64,000 nucleotides of DNA from the human T2T-CHM13v2.0 reference genome, Homo sapiens. Position numbers and translations under genes: made by a program. The stretch is taken from assembly GCF_009914755.1 (NCBI RefSeq), contig NC_060929.1. One strand, 5' to 3'. This document shows positions 54,762 to 64,000 of the stretch, in pieces (the stretch's first letter is position 1; the number at the start of each line of letters is the position of its first letter). Below the pieces are notes generated by a model. That model searched no databases. It had not been told where the DNA came from and saw only the letters and a program-made list of their open reading frames with translations.

Positions 54762-57700
54762 TCACCATATACAAACATCGATTCAAGATGGATTAAAGAC
54801 TTAAATCTAGGACCTGAAACCATAAAAATTCTAGAAGATAACAATAGTAAAACTCTTCTAGATACTGGCTTAGGTGATCAAATTATGAATAAGACCCCAA
54901 AAACAAATGCAACAAAAGCAAAAATAAATAAATGGGACCTAATGAAACTAAAAAGCTCCTGCACAGCAAAAGAAATAATCAGCAGGGTAAACAGACTACC
55001 CACAGAGTGAGAGAAAATATTCACAAACTATGCAGCCAACAAAAAATTAGTATCCAGAATCTACAAGGAACTCAAACAAATCAGCAAGAAAAAGAACAAA
55101 TAATCCCATCAGAAAGTAGGCAAAGGATATGAATAGACAATTCTCAAAAGAAGATATACACACAGCCAACAAGTATATTTAAAAAATGCTCAAAATCACT
55201 AGTTATCAGGGAAATGCAAATTAAAACCACAATAAGATACCACTTTACTTCTGCAAAAATGGCCAAAATTCAAAAATCAAAAACCAGTAGATGTTGGTGT
55301 GGATGTGATGAAAAGAGAACACTTTTACACTGCTGGTGGGAAGGTAAACCAGTACAACCACTGTGAAAAACAGCATGGAGTTTCCTTAAATAACTAAAAG
55401 TAGAACTACCATTTGATCCAGCAATCCTACTACTGTGTATCTACCCAGAGGAAAATGTTATTATATGAAAAACACATGCACATGCATGTTTATACAGCAC
55501 AATTCACAATTAAAAAAATATGGAACAAACCTAAATGCCTATCAACCAACAAGTGGACAAAGGAAATGTGGTATATATACACCATGGAATACAACTCAGC
55601 CATAAAATAGAATGAAATAATGGCCCTTACAGCAACTTAGACAGAGTTAGAGGCCATTATTCTAAATGAAGTAACTCAGGAATGGAAAATCAAATATCAT
55701 ATATTCTCATGTATAAGTGGGAGCTAAGCTATGAGGATGCAAAAGCATAAAAATGATAGAATGGACTTTGGGGACTAGGCATGGGGGTGGGTAGGTGGGA
55801 GGGAGTGAGGGACGAAAGACTACATATTAGGTACCGTGTACACTGCTCAGGTGATGGGCATGCCATAATCTCAGAAATCACCACCAAAGAACTTATTCAT
55901 GTAACCAAAAACCACTTGTTCCCCAAAACTATTGAAATAGAATAATAATAATAGAAGGAAATATGGACAGTGAAGGTCAGGCTGACAAGGTCTCAGATGG
56001 AAATAAGGAAGTTATGGGAACTGGAGTAAAAGATACCCATGTTACTCCCTAGTAAAGAGCTTGGCTTCATTGGGCCCATGTTCTAGGGATCTGTGGAAGG
56101 TTGAACTTAAGAGTGATGACTTAGGGTATCTGGCAGAAGAAATTTCTAAGCAGCAAGTCATTCAAGATGTGGCTTGGCTGCTTCTAACAACCTATAGTCA
56201 GATAAAAGAAGCAAAGAAATGACTTAAAATCTAAACTTAGATTTAAAAGGGAGGACGAGTGTAAAAGTTTGGAAAATTGGCAGCCTGGCCCTGTGATAGA
56301 GAAAGAATCTAAACAGACTGGGAAGCAACTACTTGCTAGAAGGATTAGCATGGCTAAAAGGGATCCAAGTGCTAATATCCAAGACAATGGGAAAAAGGCC
56401 TCAAAGGGATTTCAGAGATCTTTGAGGCAGCCCCTCCTATCACAGGCCAAGAGGCCCAGGAGGTAAGAATGGTTTGAGGGGTCAGGGCCAGGGTGTGCTG
56501 CCCTGCTCATCCTCAGGACACTGCTCTCTGCATCCTGTCAGCTTCAGCAGCTCTAGCTTCAGCCTCCGCTCACAGGGCCCCAGATACAGCTCAGGTTGCC
56601 ACTCTGGGGGTGGCGGGTGCAAGCTGTAAGCCTTGGTGGCTTCTATGTGGTATTAAGTCTACAGGGTCACCAATGCAAGACTGAAGGAGGTATGGAAACT
56701 TCCACCCATATTTCAGAGGATGTATGGGAAAGCCTAGGGCCCCAGGCAGAAGCCTGCCATAGGGCAGAACCCTCACAAGGAATCTCTACTAGGACAATAC
56801 TAAGGGAAAATTTGGGGTTGTATCCCCCACAGAGAGTCCCCAGTCCCTACCAGGTCACTGCCCAGCAGAACCGTGGAAAAGGGCCCGTTGCTCTTCACAC
56901 CTGAGAATGGTAGAGCCAGTGGCAGCTGCAATCCTGAGTCTGGAAAAGCTGCAGACACTCAACCCTAACCCATCAGAGGTGCCACAAGGGCTGCACACTT
57001 CAAAGCCACAGGGATGGAGCTGCCAAGGCCTTGGGAGCCCATCCCTCACACCAGTGTTCCCTGAACACAGGACATGAAGTCAAGGATTATTTTGGAGCTT
57101 TAAGATTTAATAACTGCCCTGCTGGTTTCAGACTTATGTGGGGCCTACTGGCCCTTTCTTTTGTTCAATTTCTCCCTCTAGGAATGAAAATATCTCCTCA
57201 ATGCCTGTATCACTTTGTATGAAAATATCTCCTTTTGGAATGAAAATATCTCCTGAATGCCTGTATCACCATTGTACCTTGGAAGTAAATAACTTGTCCT
57301 TGATTTCACAGGCTCATAAGTGGAAAGCGTTAAGTCTCAGATGAGACTTAGGACTTTGGACTTGATGCTGGAACAAGTTAATACCTTGGGGGACTATTGG
57401 GAAAGGATGATTGTATTTTGCAATGTGAAAAGGACACGATATTTAGGGGACTGGGTGGAATGGCGTGGTTTGGGTGTTTTCCTCCTCCAAATCTCATGTT
57501 GAAATGTAATTCTCAATATGAGATTTGGAGTAGTGGCCAGTATTGGATCATGAGGACAAATCCCTCATGAATGGCTTAGCACGATCCTTGTGGTGATGAG
57601 TGAGCTCTTACTTAGTTCATGTGAGAACTGGTTGTTTAGAAGAGTCTGGGACCTCCCCCTTCTCTCTCTCTCAGTCCTGCTCTTGCCCTGTGACATGCCT

Positions 57701-57962
57701 ACTCCCCCTTTGCCTTCTGCCATGGCTAGAAGTTTCCTGGGTCCCTCACCAGAAGCAGATACTGCCACCATGCTTCCTATACACCCTGCAGAACTGTGAG
57801 CCAAAATAAAACCTGTTTTCTTTATAGATTACTCATCCTCAAGTATTCCTTCATAGCAAGGCAAGAACAGACTAACACAGTTTCCAACACAGAAACTGTG
57901 AAGAACACATTCCAATTATAGCATAGTCTATGCTGAGATTTTTACTTTAAGAACAGGCTTTT

Positions 57963-58266
<304 letters not shown>

Positions 58267-59289
58267 AAGAACAGGCTTTTTCCTTTCCATTTGAGCAAAG
58301 TCACAGGTCATGTGGGAGAAGGAGTCTCCTTACCTGCTCCATCACTAGGGTATGAACTTCCCATCTACTGCCTATATGTCGTGTGGGGTGGCCTATCAGT
58401 GGGACAGTTACTTGTTCCTCTAGGTATTGTCAAGCCAGGATACTCTTAAGTCAATCTCAATTATCAGTGGATCTGAGTATCTTTAATACCCAACAGGCTG
58501 ATGATAGCCTGCAGCATGACTGCCAGAGAGAAATCAACTTCCTTCATGTCAATGATTAATATTTTATTTACAGTGTCATTATAGAAAAGCAAAACTAGTT
58601 ACCTTAGATGACCCACCAATGCACACTTCAGAGAGAAATCCAAAATAACTAATTCAATGATAAGTTCCTAAATATTCAGGAGATCATTAATTTTTTGTCA
58701 TTTCAGTATAACTAAGTGCTAATGGAAATATGGCTATACAACTAATATCAAATAACCATGGAGGCCAATTGTTATTATTATTATCTGATATTATAGCAAG
58801 AGACTGTTTTGATTTTTGAAAGATATAGATGATTTGATATTTAAACAGATACAAACAGTGCCTGTTTTATCCCTACTCTCCCTCAAAATAATATAAGATG
58901 CTGATGTATTGATATTGGATATGAAAATGGTACATTTATGAACAGATTTTGATTTTTGCAGGCCCATGGCACATTAGTTCAAAATAAAAATTTTCATAGA
59001 GACAAATCTATTTAGCTCAGTTGGTGAGGGATACAATGATAGCATGTGGAAATCCAATGACTCCCAGCTAGTATAGTTTGGGAAATATTTCACTCAGGAG
59101 CAGCTCAAGCATGTATGCACTGGTGCAAATACACCTACAGCCTAGGTGTAGGGGAGCACACCTTTATGTTAGCAAACTGAAACCCATCCTCTGTGGACAA
59201 TTCTATGCAAAAACAAAAGTGCAGTAGCACCAAATGAGCATGCTGGCCTCTCGGTGCAGGCTGGCTGGCAGCCAAGTCCAGCCTGCTGA

Positions 59290-59529
59290 GAGAGAAAATT
59301 GAAGGAAGAAATAAAGCAACTGCACAAGATGAAGTCTGAAGGTAGATGTGGAGACTCTTCTGGGAAATCTGTGGAAAAGGTCAAAATTTTGCTCGTGGGC
59401 ACTTTTAGAGCTGGACCCACTGCTGGCGGTCCTAGTTTCATGAAAGTTCAGGTCCTTTTTGTGGGGAGAAATACACACACATGCAAGCTAACTCAGAGTG
59501 TGAGCACTGAAGTGTGCTGTTAGGAACAG
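59290..59529 (+). pseudogene. Exon-like remnant (5' end uncertain)
   Basis: KEEIKQLHKMKSE...LLVGTFRAGPTAGGPSF then frameshifted FLWGEIH; gaacag|GTattc donor. Confidence 0.35.
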
Positions 59530-61070
59530 GTATTCGCCAGCAGCCACTGTTTTGTTTTTAGTATCTGTCATTCGCAGTCGATCTGGATTTCAAAAATGAT
59601 TCACTGACCACCAGGGTCTGTGACTCCTTAAAATTAATGCAGTCTGTAGATGTGCTTCATTCTGAGAAGGTACAGAAGAGAAGTGACATAATTGCAGAAA
59701 GATGTTCTGAATAAGAGTGCAAAAGATATACTTTTCTGGCCACAGGCTTTGGTACCCAAGTCTTAGTCAAATATCTCTCACTGCTTCATTGTTTGTCACA
59801 GGGCTCCTTGCTAAAGAACACAGAAGTCCATTTTCCTCTCAAGGCTCTTCTCAACTCACAAACTCATGATGACTTGTCTCTTTGACAATTGCTACAGTTC
59901 GTTTAATGGATGATTACTGAGTTCTTAATGTGTGCTGTATAACTTTTTAGTATCTTTTTTCTTAACATATGCTTTTATAGTTGTCATTTTCCTGATTATA
60001 TCCCATCTAGGGCTATGAGGTGCATAGCTCTAGGTGACACCACTCATGTTGTATTCTGTGTAAATGATCACCTTGTAGTTGTGTCATGCAAAGTCCTTGC
60101 TATTTTGACCAAGAGGACAAGTTCTTTGGAGGCAGAACCAATGTGTGTTGCTACTTGAATTTACTTCTACGGTTAAAGAAAAGATGCTGCACATGATAGT
60201 TGCTCAGTTAATGGAAGTAGATTATTATGACATTGATGATTATTTTGAATTTGTTTCCGTCAGTGAAAGAATCACTTCAAGTATGTGCATAGGTTGTTAA
60301 GGTTATTTGGTCTCTGAAAATTTATCAATCAATACCCTTTCATGACCATGTTATTTTTATTTCTTATCTTGAGAATGTAAATAGTTAATATGTTTGGGAA
60401 AGATTTCACTGTGATATTTGCTTTTATCAAGGAAAATAATTGCATTTAAATCAAGCACTGTTTAAAAGTGATATAACTATAGATCACTAATGTTTACACT
60501 AGCCAGAAAGAAATATCTTTGATTTTGCCCAACTATGTATGCAATCTAAACTGTTTTTATACTAAATAAAATAGAAGTATTAACTTTTTTATCACTGTGC
60601 ACATGAATATAGCTCCTTATTTATGCTTCATTAATGTTAAGATTGATAAAACACACTTAAGGGCCTCTGAAGAAATCTGTGCCCCAATGTTTGCGTAGAC
60701 CACTTGGAATGAGCTAGTCCTTGTCCTGCCTTCAAAATTGATTTTATATTCCATGATGACATTTTCAGTTATCACATATATGTGAGACAATATCATACTT
60801 CATATTTGGAAACTATATAGTTTCACAAATTAAACTTTACAATTTATTTAATTTGCAGACATGGTCTTGAATTAATGTAACTAGAAATTACAACTATAAA
60901 TAAATAAAAGGAAAATATCAATCAAAGACCCAATTTACAAATACATATTGTTCAGCAAAGTGTTAGGTCTTAGATTGGTACACAGATGATTTAAAAACAT
61001 GGTTCTTATGGTCAAAGAACACACAATTTGAAAATTAATGAAAACAATTACAACTGGTTGAAAACAATAT

Positions 61071-61683
61071 ATGGTAATATGTTGCTTACCAATGGGGTTA
61101 CAAGCTGAGAAACACATCCTTAGGCAATTTCACTGTCATGTGAACATCATAGAGTGTGCTTACACAAACTTAGATAGGGTAACCTACGACACACCTAGGC
61201 TATATGATAGTCTATTGCTTCTAAGCTACAAATCTGTACAGCATGTTACTACACTAAATACTGTAGGCAATTGTAGCAGAAAGGGAAGTATTTGTGTATC
61301 TAAACATATCTAAATACAGAAAAGGTACAGTAAAAATACAGCATATTAGATAAAAAATGGTACACCTGTATAGTAGAAGAAGTACACCCTAAAACAATGA
61401 TAAAAAGTATAGTATAAATGTAAACTGTAACATAGTCATTTATTGTCATTATTGAGTATTATGTATTGTAAATATTTGTATGTGCTATACCTTCATATGA
61501 CTGTCAGTGTAGGTTTGTTTACATCAGCAGCACCACAAACATGTATTGTGTTGCCCTATGATGTAACAACTGCTACAATGTCACTAAACCATAGGATTTT
61601 TCATCTCCAGTGTAATCTTATGAGATCATGGTTATATAAACTGTCCATTGTTGACCAAAACAATGTTATGTGGTGCTTTATTG
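61071..61683 (-). mobile_element. Tigger3/Golem non-autonomous element (Tigger3c-like)
   Basis: gaacatcatagagtgtgcttacacaaac...cacacctaggctatatg; degenerate TIRs; about 610 bp. Confidence 0.85.
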
Positions 61684-61869
61684 TACTGATATTAAGGCTG
61701 TGTTTTACATTTAGGATTGTTGTAAGTACTCCCCCCCAAAAAAGTTAGAAGATCAATGAAGAATGGACTGAAGCTTGAACTGGGCCTTTAAAAATAAATT
61801 GAAAGTGAACGTACCTCTCAGTCTCCATCATTACTGGACTAACTAAGTATTGAATAAGCAGCAGCATTT

Positions 61870-62200
61870 GTCCAACCTAGGGCCTACACTCATGACATTC
61901 CCTTTACCTGAAATGTTTTCCTCTTGTTCCTGCCCACTGTGTCTTACTATCCCTGATCATCATCCTTAAGGTCTCAAATTAGTTCCCTATTATACTTCTT
62001 CATTTTACTCTACATTCTCCCTTTGTTGCATTTATCAAGACTGTCATGAAATATTTACTTATGCAATTATATTTTAATGATTGTGTTTTTGCTAAAAAAT
62101 GTATATTCCAAAGGCTGAGGATCAAATATATTTTGTTTTCTACCCATCACAGTGCCTAACACATTAGGCACTCGATGCCTCATATGAATGAATGAATGAG
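61870..62200 (+). mobile_element. L2 3' end
   Basis: cagtgcctaacacattaggcactc...tgaatgaatgaatg tail. Confidence 0.75.
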
Positions 62201-62359
62201 TCAAGCATAGTGGATACTGGGGGAAGAAAGATAAATAAACCCTTATATAACTCTTGGAGAACACACAATATAACAAAGAAGAGCAGGTACTCATACAACA
62301 GTTAAGTTTTAGGGCTAGCTTTTCTAGAAATGTTTTAAAATAAAGACTATTCACTTAGG

Positions 62360-62554
62360 AGAGGATTTATAGCATTCCTGACTTGTGAAGATCACTTTGT
62401 CCCACAACATATAATTCAAGCTACTTACTATAAGCCTGAATGGTTGCACTACAAGATCTACTTGCAGATTTTAAAGAATTATGAATTGAATGCCTTTGAT
62501 AGAGTAAATGCATTTGAAGCACAGTACCCTTAAAATGAATTACAATCTGAGATG
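62360..62554 (+). pseudogene. Exon-like remnant with RGS C-terminal helix-like reading (5' end uncertain)
   Basis: A*MVALQDLLADFKEL*IECL at 62434; gatg|GTactc donor. Confidence 0.3.
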
Positions 62555-63369
62555 GTACTCTAGGAAGAATGGAGAGATTCAAAATGCCCTTTGTTCTTTG
62601 ATGTTTTTTCTTTATCCATATGTAATTATTCTAGTCTTTTGTCTTTAGAATTATTGTTCTATGCTTCACATTTCAGGTTGTTTATTACCAGCAGTTACGT
62701 GGATTTACTATTTTATGAAGCCAAAGAGATGGCAATTAACAGGTTTAGAACACTGGTGATTTTATTTTTAGATGCATTTTCCTAATATTAATCACTATAT
62801 GTAAATCATCACATTATTCAGTTGTAGTGGTTTTAATTGTGCTAGATGAAAGAAACAATGATAATTAAGAAATGCATATGTATATGTGAAAAAATATAAA
62901 TAGCAAATTGTAATAGTTGTCTTTAGTGAAGGCTTAAGAGGAATTTAACTCAAACAACACTAAGCATTTTAATACAAAGCGAATTAGAAAAATTGATGTC
63001 TTCTCCTGTTTAAAACAAAAATAAGAACCTGAATAAAATGTTATCCATGATTGTAACACGAAATAAAGATTTGCTCAAGGGAGAAAATTATATTGGAGAA
63101 TTTAAGTCCACAAAATACTTGACTGTTGCTACTTAACACAAGAAACTTGCTTGCCTATGGATAAGCATAATAGCATCAGTATCGCTGGTATAGGAAATGA
63201 AGCTTAGTCATCAAACATTCTGCATGTGAACCTTATGTATGGATTTTAGGGTGTCCCACAATAAAGAGATATTTAATTGAAGAATACTCTCTTCTTCCTT
63301 TTTTTCACCTTTTGGTTGAGGAATAAATAAATGTCCCTCTTTTTACTTTTAGTTCAAATTAATACATTT

Positions 63370-63925
63370 GGTTAACAATGGCTTCTAAAAAGTTAAATTT
63401 ATTTTCTTGTGTAACAATCATTCTGGAGAAAGGCAACATAGGGTGAGTGTAGCTGCTCAAGAAAGTGATGAGAGACCCAGACTTCTTCTTTCTTTATGCT
63501 CTGCCATGGTGTGGCATGTTCTAAAACCTGTTAATTGCCATCTCTTCGGGTTCATAAAATAGTAAATGCGCATAACTGCTGGTTATTTTGTGACAGTTAT
63601 TAATTTTTGTAATATAATAACTTGAAATGTGAAGCATGAAACAGTAATTCTGAAGACAAAAGACTAGAATAATTAAGTATGAATAACGAAAAAAATCAAA
63701 CATGCTCCAACAGCATCTCAAGATGGCTGTTGCATTTGAAGGCAAAACATCCACATTTCAGGTAGGAGGAAGTGGGGAGAGAAGAGATTTTTCCCCATTG
63801 AGCCTACATTAGGGAATGAAACCTCTGTCCAGGAATTGTTGTCTCCATCTTATTGACCAGAATCGTATCACAAAGCCACCTCCAACTGCAAGAAAGGCTG
63901 GGAACTTGAGAATTCTATTTTTTAG
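63370..63925 (-). mobile_element. MLT1J/K-like LTR interrupted by an inverted local copy
   Basis: gacccagacttcttc...ctctgccat | tcaagatggctg...catccacatttcagg...ttattgaccagaa...caactgcaagaaaggctggg. Confidence 0.7.
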
Positions 63926-64000
63926 CCTTATTGGAAAAGATGATAAAAGTTGTTGGGGGGGTGGTTTGGAATGGGTGTTGTCGAGCCAATTTAACAGAAT

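Noticed and set aside
60005-60100. MER91-like fragment with a CTCF site
   Set aside because: Similarity too degenerate to call, and the recalled CTCF core is not intact.

Overview
Human, AT-rich, repeat-dense DNA; a human-specific AluYb8 at 57963 supports the species call. I recognise no intact protein-coding gene, RNA gene or CRISPR array. Most of the window is interspersed repeats: about 17 Alus, several L1s, L2/MIR, MaLR LTRs including a two-LTR MST provirus with nested insertions, Tigger1/2/3 and MER1 DNA transposons. There is also a 3'-truncated RPLP1 processed pseudogene. Three things stand out. (1) A chain of exon-like unique segments on the + strand (about 16.0-62.6 kb) whose broken translations repeatedly resemble RGS-domain motifs, suggesting a heavily decayed RGS22/RGSL1-like unitary pseudogene; this rests on by-eye alignment to recalled sequences. 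(2) A 3.0 kb GC/CpG-rich, non-TE retrotransposed insert (32577-35603) with a perfect 16 bp TSD and A-rich tail, which appears to sit inside one of those exons. (3) Several locally templated copy events, the clearest being a two-donor insertion at 10791-11004. Repeat subfamily names come from recalled consensus sequences, and boundaries of old repeats are approximate.
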